A DNA stretch of 64,000 bases from the NCBI RefSeq assembly GCF_036971445.1, contig NC_091473.1:182962001-183026000 (forward strand), in the 5' to 3' direction. Under the pieces are notes generated by a model that saw only the letters and a program-made list of their open reading frames with translations, was not told the origin of the DNA and did not search any database. The translations under genes and the position numbers were made by a program. The stretch is from Narcine bancroftii (lineage: Eukaryota). The stretch's first letter is position 1, and each line of letters opens with the position of its first letter. This document shows, piece by piece, positions 47,390 through 60,700 of the stretch.

Positions 47390-49075
47390 CTGCAGAAGAG
47401 TCCACATTGGAGGAAGCCGTTACAATTCACAGTACAGTAGAGGGGTGGGTCAATGAGCTTTCGAAGGATACGAAGGTCAGAGGCATTTTAGACAGTGTAG
47501 AAGGTTGTCGTAGGTCACAACAGGATATGGGCAGGATGCCGAGCTGGGTAGATGGAGTTCAATCCGGGTGAGGTGATACATTTTGGAGGGTTAAACTGAA
47601 AGACAGAGTACGGGGTTGGAAAGTTAACAGTGTGAAGGAACAGAGGGACCTTGGGGCCCAAATCCATACATCTCTCAAGGTCGCCACACAGGCTGATATG
47701 ATGGTCGAGAAGGCTGATGGGATGCTGGACTTTATTAGTCGGGGGATTGAGTTCAGGAGCCGTGAGGTCATGTTGCAGCTCTGTAAAACTCTGGTGAGAC
47801 CACACGTGGAGTATTGTGTTCAGTTCTGGTCACGTCATCACAGGAAGGAGGTGGAAGCGATGGAGAGGGGGCAGAGGAGATTCACCAGGATGTCGCCTGG
47901 ATTGGAAAACGAGGCAAGGTTTGCAGAGCTGGGATTTTTCTCACTGGAGTGAAGAAGGATGAGAGGAGACAAGATGGAGGGCTGCAAGATTGTGAACTCA
48001 GAGCTAGGGTGGACGGCCAGCACCTTTTCCCCAGGGGAGGAGTAGAAAACCAGAGGATGTCTGTATAAGGCAATGGGAGGGAAGTTTTGGGAATCATCAG
48101 GGGAATGTGTTTTCTCCCAGAGAGTGGTGGGGGCCGGGAAGGCCTTGTCAGGGGTGGTGGTGGAGGCTGGAACATTAGGGGCATTTAAGAGACTCTTAGA
48201 CAGGTCCCGTGGATGGAAGAGTTATGAGGTAGGGAGGGTTTCATTTTTTTTTGGTAGGTAGAAGTAGTTAGGCACAACATTGTGGGCCAAAAGGCCTTTG
48301 CAGTGCTGTAATGTTCTTTGGTCAATAAGTTCAATACACAAATGTGCTGGAGAAACTCAGCAAATTCAGGCAGCATCCATTAGAAGTGCTGGGTGACCAA
48401 CAATTCGAGCCCGGCCCCTTCGACAGGTACGTGATGGCACGTTGAAGAGAATCATCCGAATGAAGCGCAACGGAGCAGGGCATTGATCCTGTGGGGTGGG
48501 CGGGGGGGGGGGGGGTTAGTTTGTGGGATAAGAAGCAATAGGGCACGATAGTTGGCGTCGGCCATTACTGAGGGTATCATGAGCAGTTGTGGGATGTGCT
48601 GACGTTGGGGAGGCTTCAGGGGAGGTTCACAAAGATGATTCCAGGAGCGAAAGAGCTATCACCCGAGGAGCATTTGACGGCACTTGGAATTTGGGAGAAT
48701 TGAGGGGGAGGAAAATATTATCAAAACATTTTGAATGTTCAAAGGCATGAACAGAATCTATGTGGAAAGGTTGTTTCCCCACGTTGGGAGAGTCCAGGAC
48801 AAGAGGGCCCAGCTTCAGGAGTGAGCGGAGATGCAGAGGAATTTCTTCAGCTGTAGAGTAGTGAACCTGTGGAACTTGTTGCCAGAAGCGGGAGTGGAAG
48901 CTGAGTCATAAAGGCAGAGATTGACAGGTTCTTGATTAGCCAAGGCACTGACGGTTATGGGGAGAAGGCCAGGGAGAGGGGCTGAATGGATCAGCTCATA
49001 GTTGAATGGAGGGGCAGACTTAATGGGCTGAATGGGCTGTCCCTGCTTCTTTGTGGTCTTGTGGGAGGCTGGCAC

Positions 49076-49447
49076 CTTGATTACTCCACGAAGCTGCTTG
49101 ATACACCAGGCAGAACTTGGTTTGGGTGATTCGCGCGTCGGTCCAAACCACACAGTGGTAGAATCCGGCATCACTCCTCCTTGGAGTGAAGGTGAGGGTG
49201 CAATCCCCAGCCCTGATGCAGGGCAGCATGAGAAGCTTCATCTCGGCCCGCCCCTGGTGCACGGAGACGTTCCCGTTCAGGATTTGCATCAATAGAATCT
49301 CCTTCCCACGGTCGGAGGGGTCGCTCCATCGCCACTGGACTAGTGGTGGGTTGGCATACGACAGGTCAGAGCAGTTGAGAACCATTTCGTTGGTGGAATC
49401 AGTGAAGGTCACCTCTCTGCAGTCACACTTCACAGCCGACGTGCCTC
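49076..49447 (-). CDS. Single-IgV membrane receptor, V-set Ig exon (cysteine-rich, uncharacterised)
   Basis: Acceptor ctcgcag|, donor AAG|gtgcca, phase 1-1. VLNC..VQWRW..GDCTLTF..DAGFYHC carries the B, C, E and F strand V-set hallmarks. Confidence 0.85.
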
Positions 49448-49454
49448 CTGCGAG

Positions 49455-50030
49455 CAGATTTCAGATTTATTATCGGGGACATACATGACATCACATAAAC
49501 CCTGAGATTCCTTTACCTGCGGGCCAGGCAAAAGAACCATTTACTGGCAGTGCAAAAAATACCGGGCTCAATGTACAATGTAAATGCATTTAAAATGTTA
49601 AGGAAATGACTGCAGCACAGAGTGAATGAGAATAAGTCAATACAGGGAACAAATCCTTAAATGAGTCCCTGATTGAGTTTGACTTTGAGGGGGACTGATG
49701 GTGGAGGGGTGGGAGGAGCAGCTGTTCCTAAACCTGGTGGGGGTGAGTCCTGTGGCACCTGCACCTCTTTCCGGATGGCAGCAGCGAGAACAGAGCATGT
49801 GCCGGGAGCTGTGGATCCTCGACAATTGCCGCTGCTCTCCCAACGGCAGCATTCCCCCCATAGAGGGTAGGGAGGGCTTGGCCTGAGATTTCCTGGCCTT
49901 AACGCCCTGGGGTATTGGTGTTCCCGTACCAGACTGTGATGCAGCCGGTCAGCGCACTTCCCACCAACACATCTGAGGAAATTCGGGGTTTCCTATGTAC
50001 ATTCGCCAACTCCTGAGGAAGTCAAGGCGT
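49455..50030 (-). mobile_element. Rex-Babar 3' fragment (also 46210-46535 +, 53050-53360 +, 53370-54100 -)
   Basis: Same family as 11130-12000; the tail ATAATAAATCTGAAATCTG abuts the V-exon acceptor. Confidence 0.75.
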
Positions 50031-50555
50031 TGATGGCTCGGGAAAGGTCCTCTGCAACTGTGCCTCCCAAAGACTTAAACGTGCTCCCCCCCACCCTCTC
50101 TCAACCCCCCAGGGATCGTACACCCTTGGTCTTCCCCCCTTCCTGGAGTCAACCGTCAGTGCCTTGGTTCTGATGACCAGAAGACTTGGGAGTAGAAACA
50201 AGGTTTTCGAGAAAATAATGGTGGCGCTGCCAGAGCCGCAGGCGCGGACCTGGGAAAGTGGGGAGCAGAGACCCAGCGGTGCTCCGTTGGGCCCTCCTGC
50301 CCAGTCCTGACACAAATCCCACAGGCACAGAACTTTACTTCCACCGGCCGTTTAATGCCTGTATCACTTTCCTCTTACCGTATCCCAATGAATATCTTTT
50401 GTCTGTGGGTCTGGACTCCCTGGCATTGTTCCCCCAACTTTTAATTCAGATGCCTGTGCATTTATTTCATGCCTCAAAGGAGGCTTCAGGCACGAAACGT
50501 CAGTAATACCTCGTACGGATGTTGCAAGACCAGCTGAGTTCTTCCAGCATGTCTG

Positions 50556-50795
50556 TGTGGTGATATGACCCCCAGCTGACAGCAGGGGGTGATCTCTGTA
50601 CCTGCAGGAAGATCACCTAAGGGTTGACTCCACCTGGCGGGCTGTCAATCGGCCAACCCGAATATAGACCTGAGCCATCCCCTCCTGAGCCAGTCACACG
50701 GGAGCCACCGAAGCATGAATCGGTGTTCAGACTTTTACCTGAATGCAGCCTGTTGAACAGTCTTTTGAGTTTTGTGCTTGCTCGCTGCTACCTCA
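50556..50795 (+). mobile_element. Possible solo LTR
   Basis: TGTGGTG..CTACCTCA termini with a TATA-like middle; it interrupts a Penelope-type end. No clean TSD seen. Confidence 0.3.
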
Positions 50796-52115
50796 GTGCT
50801 TCACACAGCCTGTGCTTTGATTTCAATTACGGCGTCTGCAGACTTCCGTGTTTTGCTGGACCTGACTGTTGTTTAAAAGGAAAAATGTGCAATCCTCGAG
50901 AATAGGGAAGCGAAAGGAGTCGTGGGCAACAGCGCATTAGCCGTGATTGCACCATGTGACCCGCTGTAAAATTGACTGCATAAAAATCTGCTCTGTAATT
51001 CGGACTGAGTTCCGGCAGAGATCAGGTCTCAGAACAAATTTACTGGAGTCCAGGGATTTTTATTTTCTTCTGATTGACTAAAATGATCAGCGACAGTGAG
51101 ACACCCCATCATTTACACTGTCAGAGAAGGAGGAAGGGTCCAGCCTTTCGAGTCATTTGACAGCCTCCAGTTTGCTCCGCTATCCGTCTTCCCCTGATGC
51201 CGATGGAACATTCCAGCACAGCGCAGCAGGGCCCTTTAGCCCACGAGTTTGGGCTGACCTCTAATAAACCCACTTGGGGGGGGGGGAAGAGGGGGGACAA
51301 TGGCGGCGTTACTGCACCGGTGAGCAGGACCAGGGCTCGAATCATGGTGCTGCCTGTTCTGTATCGATTTCATCTGGGGGGCTCCGGTTTCCTCCCGTCG
51401 TTCAAAATGTTGCAGGACAATTGGGTGCAATTTGGTGGCATGGGATCATGGGCCGGAATACTGTCTTAAAAAAAATTTTTTTAATTAAAAAACACCCCCT
51501 TCCCAACTTCACACCCAGAATCCTCTATTTTTCTTGCATTTGTGTGCCTGTCAAAGAGTCTCTTAAATGGCCCTATTGTACCAGCCTCCACCACCCCAAC
51601 CTGGTAATATATTCCAGGCCCCCATTACACTCTGAGTAAAAAAGATCTCCCCTAAACTTCCCTCCTCTCACTTTGTACAGGCCTTCTCTGATGTTTGCTA
51701 CTGGGAAACAGGCACTGGCCATCTACCTTATATATAACCAAGTAACAATTACAGACGGAAACAGGCCATCTCGGCCCCTCTAGTCTGCACCGATTTACGT
51801 GAAACTCCACTAGTCCCACCTACCTGCTCCCTGCCCATAACCCTGCAACCCCCTCACATCCTTGCACTCATCCAACCTCCTCTTAAAAGACAGAGTTGAC
51901 CCTGCTGCAACCTCCTCTTCTGGAAGGTCATTCCACTCAGCCACCGCTCTCTGAAAAAGCTTCCTCTTACATTACTTCAGAAGTTTTCCCCTCTAACTCT
52001 TAACTTGTGACCCTTCGATCCAATCTCCCCTTCCCTGATCGCTTATCTCCAACTCGTTCCTCCACCCCCCCAACCTGCCATCCAAACCAAGTTATCTATG
52101 CCTCTCATAATCACA

Positions 52116-52712
52116 TCTTTCTTTGGCTTGGCTTCGCGGATTTATGGAGGGGTAATGTCCACATCAGCTGCAAGCTCGTTTGTGGCTGACAAGTCCGATG
52201 CGGGACAGGCAGACACGGTTGCAGCGGTTACAAGGGAAAATTGGTGGGTTGGGGTTGGGTGTTGGGTTTTTCCTCCTTTGTCTTTTGTCAGTGAGGTGGG
52301 CTCTGCGGTCTTCTTCAAAGGAGGTTGCGGCCCGCTGAACTGTGAGGCGCCAAGATGCACGGTTTGAGGCGATATCAGCCCACTGGCGGTGGTCAATGTG
52401 GCAGGCACCAAGAGATTTCTTTAGGCAGTCCTTGTACCTCTTCTTTGGTGCACCTCTGTCACAGTGGCCAGTGGAGAGCTCGCCATATAACACGATCTTG
52501 GGAAGGCGATGGTCCTCCATTCTGGAGACGTGACCTACCCAGCGCAGTTGGATCTTCAGCAGCGTGGATTCGATGCTGTCGGCCTCTGCCATCTCGAGTA
52601 CTTCGATGTTGGAGATGAAGTCGCTCCAATGAATGTTGAGGATGGAAGGAGACAACGCTGGTGGAAGCGTTCTAGGAGCCGTAGGTGATGCCGGTAGAGG
52701 ACCCATGATTCA
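52116..52712 (-). mobile_element. RTE-clade (BovB-like) LINE 3' end
   Basis: QLRWVGHVSRMEDHRLPKIVLYGEL..CNRCNRVCLSRIGLVSHKRACS* with a GCCAA-repeat tail; near-identical to 57999-59248. Confidence 0.92.
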
Positions 52713-54357
52713 GATAGACCATCATTAAATCACCTTGCCTCCTCCTTCGCCCCAGAGAGAAAATCCCCAAGCTTTGCTAACCTTGCCTCATGAGACACAT
52801 TCTCCAATCCAGGCAACATTCTCTGCCCCCCCCCCCACCCCCCGCAGCTTCCACAACCTTCCTGTAATGCAGTGACCAGAACTGAACACGACATTCCAAG
52901 CGTGATCTCCTCGTGCCCGTGATTATCCCTGCACCCACATATTCTCTGGTGATTAACACATCCTTTAACCTCAAGGGGCCCAATCGCCATTTGCAATAAT
53001 CTCCGATTTTATCTGGAATTCATAACCAGTGAGATTTACCCTGAGGTCACTCACCAAAGGCTTGCAAATTTCTACAGACTTTGTAGAGGAGAGCTTTCGG
53101 ATGGGTTGAATCGCTGTCTAATACGGAGGTGTTTGGTTCGGAGGTGTCAGTGCACAGGACAGGAAAAGTCCAGAGGGGGTTGTTAACTCGACCTGTGACA
53201 TCGAGGACACCTAAAAGAGGCGGTGCCTCAGGAAAGCAGCCTCTATCCTCAAAGACCCCCACCACCCAGGCCGTGCCCTCTTCACTCTTCTACCATCGGG
53301 AAGGAAGTCCAGGAGCCTGAAGACGAGCCCTCCCGTCATCAGATTCCTGAATGAACAATGATTTCACCTTTCAGAGTACACACGTGACATCCCATACAAC
53401 CCTGAGATTCTTTTTCTCCTGCAGGTGAGGCAGAATTGGTAGTTTAAAAAGAACTGCATACAATGTGAACGTGTAAACAAATAAACAAACTGACTGTGGA
53501 TTACAGAGAGAGAAAATACAAAGTCAGAGTCGTTAAATGAGCCCTTGATTGAGTTTGTTGTTGAGGAGTCTGATGGCGGAGGGGGAGCAGCTGTTCCTGA
53601 ACCTGGTGGGGGTGAGTCATGTGGCACCGAGACCTCTTTCCTGATGGCAGCAGCGAGAACGGAGCGCATGCTGGGCAGTGTGGATCCTTGACGATTGTTG
53701 CTGCTGCTCTCTGACGGCAGCATTCCCCCATATTCGTGCTTGACAGTGGGGGAGGGTTTTGCCTGTGACGTCCTGGGGCTGTGTTCACTCCCTTTCACGG
53801 GGCCTTACGCTCGGGAGTACTGGTGTCCCCGTGATGCAGCCAGTCAGTGCACTTTCCACTGTGGAAATTTGCCAGGGGCTCTGGTGTCGTGCCAAACCTC
53901 TGCCAACTCCTGAGGAAGTTGAGGCCCTGATGGGCTTTCTTCACTGATGGGATCCAGGAAAGATCCTCTGAGGTAGTGACTCCCAAAAACTTAAATCTGC
54001 TCATGCTCTCCATCTCTGACCCCCAGTGATCACTGGATCATCCACCTCTGGCTTTCCTTTCCTGAAGTCAACAATTAGCTCCTTGGTTTTGGTGACATTA
54101 ATTCATTTTCTCTTCTTTTGCACAAATTGATTAATTTTTTTTAAAGATAATTTATAGTAATAATTACATCTGTAATGCTAATACAAAACAATGAATTTCG
54201 TGACACATTCAGGACCATGAATCTGAATCTGACAATGAAAATCCTCCATACATACAATATTTCTCCCTTAAGCATAGGAAGTCCCCAATCAAAGGTGTAT
54301 TGGTTTATTATTAATCCAAGCAATGACCAGTGAAGGATTCCAGCTGTTTAAACCTAC

Positions 54358-54415
54358 CTTCACGGAAAACCACCATCCAGAGCAGATGGCACAGAATGGC
54401 TTGCACGTTCCCCAT
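54358..54415 (-). CDS. Single-IgV membrane receptor, signal-peptide exon
   Basis: ATG 54415, MGNVQAILCHLLWMVVFRE, phase-1 donor AAG|gtaggt. Joins the V exon as ..FREGGTSA/VKCDC. Confidence 0.72.
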
Positions 54416-54782
54416 CACCTCGCAGTGAGACTTATCTCCTCGAGCCCTTTCTCCAAGTCACCTCAGCACCCGGTGGCCTGCACCATGCACAGAAAACAGG
54501 ATTCAGCAAATGATGTATGGATGGTAAAGCTCTGCCTCACGTGTGAGGTACATTTAACAGGAAATGCTGGTCAAATCCTTGGACAGAAGGGTCCATCAGG
54601 GTCATTGAACGGTTATGGTTTCTGAGCTGAATTTGTACTCCCCCCCACCCCCCACCTTCTGCCCAGTACCTAGGTCCTGGAGTGTACTGGTCTTCAATCT
54701 CCTGTAACATTTGCAATGTCCTCATGTTTGAGGACATCTGATCATCCAAACCCATGGCAATGCTCAAATGTCGACACACCCC

Positions 54783-57700
54783 AAGGTCAATACATCAATG
54801 TTAATGCGCCAATATCACTTCACCAATGTCACTGCACCAATTTCAATGCATTAATGTCAATATATCAATGTCACTGCACCAATGACAATGCATCAATGTC
54901 AATGCACCAATGTTAATACATCAATGTCAATGCACCAATGACAATGTATCAATGTCCAGTACCTAGGTCCTGGAGTGTACTGGTCTTCCATCTCCTGTAA
55001 AATTTGCAATGTCCTCATGTTTGAGGACATCTGATCATCCCAACCAATGGCAATGCTCAAATGTCGACACACCCCAATGTCAATGCTTCAATGACAATAC
55101 ATCAATGTCAATACATCAATGTTAATGCGCCAATATCACTTCACCAATGTCACTGCACCAATTTCAATGCATTAATGTCAATATATCAATGTCACTGCAC
55201 CAATGACAATGCATCAATGTCAATGCACCAATGTTAATACATCAATGTCAATGCACCAATGACAATTCACCAATGTCAATGCATCAATGTCATGGCACCA
55301 ATGTCAATGAACCAATGATAATACATAAATGTCAATGCACCAATGACAATGCACCAATGTCAATACATCAATGTCACTGCACCAATGTCAATACATCAAT
55401 GTCAATGCACCAATGTCAATACATCAATGTCAATGCACCAATGTCAATGTGCCAATGTCAATGCATCAATGTGAATGCTCCAATATCAATGAATCAATGT
55501 CAATACATCAATGTCAATGCATCAATGTCAATGCATCAATGTCACTGCACCAATGTCAATGAACCAATGACAATACATCAATGTCAATGCACCAATGACA
55601 ATGCACCAATGTCAATGTGCCAATGTCACTGCACCAATGTCAATACATCAAAGTAAATGCACCAATGTCAATATATCAATGTCAATGCATCAATGTCAAT
55701 GCATCAATGTCACTGCACCAATGTCAATGCATCAATGTCAATGCACCAATGTTAATACATCAATGTCAATGCACCAATGACAATGCACCAATGTCAATGC
55801 ATCAATGTCACTGCACCAATGTCAATACATCAATGTCACTGCACCAATGTCAATACATCAATGTCAATGTGCCAATGTCACTGCCCCAATGTCAATACAT
55901 CAATGTCAATGCACCAATGTCAATACATCAATGTCAATGCACCAATGTCAATCTGCCAATGTCAATGCATCAATGTGAATGCTCCAATATTAATGAATCA
56001 ATGTCAATACATCAATGTCAATGCATCAATGTCACTGCACCAATGTCAATGAACCAATGACAATACATCAATGTCAATGCACCAATGACAATGCACCAAT
56101 GTCAATGCAAGAATGTCAATGTGCCAATGTCACTGCACCAATGTCAATACATCAAAGTCAATGCACCAATGTCAATATATCAATGTCAATGCATCAATGT
56201 CAATGCATCAATGTCACTGCACCAATGTCAATGCACCAATATCAATACGTCAATGTCAATGCACCAATGTCAATTAACCACTGACAATGCATTCATGTCA
56301 ATGCACCAATGACAAAGTGCCAATGTCAGTGCATCAATGTCAATGCTCCAATATCAATGCATCAATGTCAATGCACCAATGTCAATACATCAATGTCACT
56401 GCACCAATGTCAATACATCAATGTCAATGCACCAATGTCAATGCATCAATGTCACTGCACCAATTTCAATGCACCAATATCAATACATCAATGTCAATGC
56501 ACCAATGTCAATGTGCCAATGTCAATGCATCAATGTCAATGCTCCAATATCAACGCATCAATGTCAATGCACCAATGTCAATGCATCAATGTCAATGCGC
56601 CAATATCACTGCATCAATGTCAATGCACCATCGACAATGCATCAATGTCACTGCACCAATGACAATGCATCAATGTCAATGCACCAAAGTTAATACATCA
56701 ATGTCAATGCACCAATAACAATGCACCAATGTCAATGCATCAATATCACTGCTCCAATGTCAATGCACCAATATCAAAACATCAATGTCAATGCACCTAT
56801 GTCAATGCATCAATGTCATTGCACCAATGACAATGCATCAATGTCAATGCACCAATGACAATGCACCAATGTCAATGCATCAATGACAAGGTATCAATGC
56901 CAATGTGCCAATGTCACTACACCAATGTCAATGCATCAGCGTTAATGCACCAATGTCTATACATCAATAACAATGCATCAATGTCAATGCGCCAATGTCA
57001 ATGCACCAATGTCAATGCATCAATGTCAATGCTTCAATGTCAATGCATCAATGTCAATGCATCAATGTCAATACATCAATGTCAATACATCAATGTCAAT
57101 GCATCAATGTCACTGCACCAATGTCAATACAACAATGTCACTGCCCCAATGTCAATGCACCAATGTCAATACATCTATGTAAATGCACCAATGTCAATGC
57201 ATCAATGTCACTGCACCAATGTCCATGAACCAATGACAATGCATCAATGCCAATGCACCAATGACAATGCATCATTGTCCTGTACTTAGGTCCTGGAGTG
57301 TACTGGTCTTCCATCTCCTGTAACATTTGCAATGTCCTCATGTTTGAGGACATCTGATCATCCAAACCCATGGCAATGCTCAAATGTCGACACACCCCAA
57401 TGTCAATGCATCAATGTCAATGCACCAATGTCAATGTGCCAATGTCAATGCATCAATGTCAATGCTCCAATATCAATGAATCAATGACAATGCATCAATT
57501 TCAATACATCAATGTCAATGTGCCAATATCACTGCACCAATGTCACTGCACCAATGTCAATGCATTAATGTCAATATATCAATGTCAATGCACCAATGAC
57601 AATGCATCAATGTCACTGCACCAATGACAATGCATCAATGTCAATGCACCAATGTTAATACATCAATGTCAATGCACCAATGACAATGCACCAATGTCAA

Positions 57701-60700
57701 TACATCAATGTCACTGCACCAATGTCAATACATCAATGTCAATGCACCAATGTCAATACATCAATGTCAATGCACCAATGTCAATGTGCCAATGTCAATG
57801 CATCAATGTGAATGCTCCAATATCAATGAATCAATGTCAATACATCAATGTCAATGCATCAATGTCAATGCATCAATGTCACTGCACCAATGTCAATGAA
57901 CCAATGACAATACATCAATGTCAATGCACCAATGACAATGCACCAATGTCAATGCAAGAATGTCAATGTGCCAATGTCACTGCACCAATGTCAATACAAC
58001 TGCACGAAAACCAACAAGGTCGGGTCAGATACAGCAATGAGCTCTCTGAACCCTTCTCCATTAACAATGGCGTGAAGCAAGGCTGTGTTCTCGCACCAAC
58101 CCTCTTTTCAATCTTCTTCAGCATGATGCTGAACCAAGCCATAAAAGACCCCAACAACGAAGACGCTGTTTACATCCGGTACCGCACGGATGGCAGTCTC
58201 TTCAATCTGAGGCGCCTGCAAGCTCACACCAAGACACAAGAGAAACTTGTCCATGAACTACTCTTTGCAGATGATGCCGCTTTAGTTGCCCATTCAGAGC
58301 CAGCTCTTCAGTGCTTGACGTCCTGCTTTGCGGAAACTGCCAAAATGTTTGGCCTGGAAGTCAGCCTGAAGAAAACTGAGGTCCTCCATCATCCAGCTCC
58401 CCACCATGACTACCAGCCCCCCCACATCTCCATCGGGCACACAAAACTCAAAACGGTCAACCAGTTTACCTATCTCGTCTGCACCATTTCATCAGATGCA
58501 AGGATCGACAATGAGATAGACAACAGACTCGCCAAGGCAAATAGCGCCTTTGGAAGACTACACAAAAGAGTCTGGAAAAACAACCAACTGAAAAACCTCA
58601 CAAAGATAAGCGTATACAGAGCTGTTGTCATACCCACACTCCTGTCCAGCTCCGAATCATGGGTCCTCTACCGGCACCACCTACGGCTCCTAGAACGCTT
58701 CCACCAGCGTTGTCTCCACTCCATCCTCAACATCCATTGGAGCGCTTTCATCCCTAACGTCGAAGTACTCGAGATGGCAGAGGTCGACAGCATCGAGTCC
58801 ACGCTGCTGAAGATCCAGCTGCGCTGGATGGGTCACGTCTCCAGAATGGAGGACCATCGCCTTCCCAAGATCGTGTTATATGGTGAGCTCTCCACTGGCC
58901 ACCGTGACAGAGGTGCACCAAAGAAAAGGTACAAGGACTGCCTAAAGAAATCTCTTGATGCCTGCCACATTGACCACCGCCAGTGGGCTGATAACGCCTC
59001 AAACCGTGCATCTTGGCGCCTCACAGTTTGGCGGGCAGCAACCTCCTTTGAAGAAGACCGCAGAGACCACCTCACTGACAAAAAGCAAAGGAGGAAAAAC
59101 CCAACACCCAACCCCAACCAACCAATTTTCCCCTGCAACCGCTGCAACTGTGTCTGCCTGTCCCGCATCGGACTTGTCAGCCACAAACGAGCCTGCAGCT
59201 GACGTGGACTTTTTACCCCCTCCATAAATCTTCGTCCGTGAAGCCAAGAATGTCAATACATCAAAGTCAATGCACCAATGTCAATATATCAATGTCAATG
59301 CACCAATGTCAATACATCAATGTCAATGCACCAATGTCAATTAACCACTGACAATGCATTAATGTCAATGCACCAATGACAAAGTGCCAATGTCAATGTA
59401 TCAATGTCAATGCTACAATTTCAATGCATCAATGACAATGCACCAATGTCAATACATCAATGTCACTGCACCAATGTCAATACATCAATGTCAATGCACC
59501 AATGTCAATGCATCAATGTCACTGCACCAATTTCAATGCACCAATATCAATACATCAATGTCAATGCACCAATGTCAATGTGCCAATGTCAATGCATCAA
59601 TGTCAATGCTCCAATATCAATGCATCAATATCAATGCACCAATGTCAATGCACCATTGACAATGCATCAATGTCACTGCACCAATGACAATGCATCAATG
59701 TCAATGCACCAAAGTTAATACATCAATGAAAATGCACCAATGACAATGCACCAATGTCAATGCATCAATATCACTGCTCCAATGTCAATGCATCAATGTC
59801 AAAACATCAATGTCAATGCACCTATGTCAATGCATCAACGTCATTGCACCAATGACAATGCATCAATGTCAATGCACCAATGACAATGCACCAATGTCAA
59901 TGCATCAATGACAAGGTATCAATATCAATGCGCCAATGTCACTGCACCAATGTCAATGCATCAGCGTTAATGCACCAATGTCTATACATCAATAACAATG
60001 CACCAATGTCAATACATCAATGTCAATGCACCAATGTCAATGTGCCACTGTCAATGCACCAATGTCAATGTGCCAATGTCAATGCATCAATGTCAATGCT
60101 CCAATATCAATGAATCAATGTCAATGCATCAATGTCAATACATCAATGTCAATGTGCCAATATCACTGCACCAATGTCACTGCACCAATGTTAATACATC
60201 AATGTCAATGCACCAATTACAATTCACCAATGTCAATACATCAATGTCACGGCACCAATGTCAATACATCAATGTCAATGCACCAATGTCAATACATCAA
60301 TGTCAATGCACCAATGTCAATGCACCAATGTCAATACATCAATGCCAATACACCAATGTTAATGCATCAATGTCACTGCACCAATTTCAATGAACCAATG
60401 ACAATGCAGCAATGTCAATGCACCAATGACAATGCACCAATGAAATGCATCAATTTCAATCTGCTAATATCACTGCACAAATGTCAATACATCAATGTCA
60501 ATGCACCAATGTCAATACATCAATGTCACTGCACCAATGTCAATGCACCAATGTCAATACATCAATGTCAATGCACCAATGTCAATGTGCCACTGTCAAT
60601 GCACCAATGTCAATGTGCCAATGTCAATGCATCAATGTCAATGCTCCAATATCAATGAATCAATGTCAATGCATCAATGTCAATACATCAATGTCAATGT

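Noticed and set aside
47223-49447. Calling the IgV gene TIGIT, PVRIG or CD226 because it neighbours a nectin
   Set aside because: It lacks the AX6G and T(F/Y)PXG nectin-binding motifs, so no symbol can be supported.
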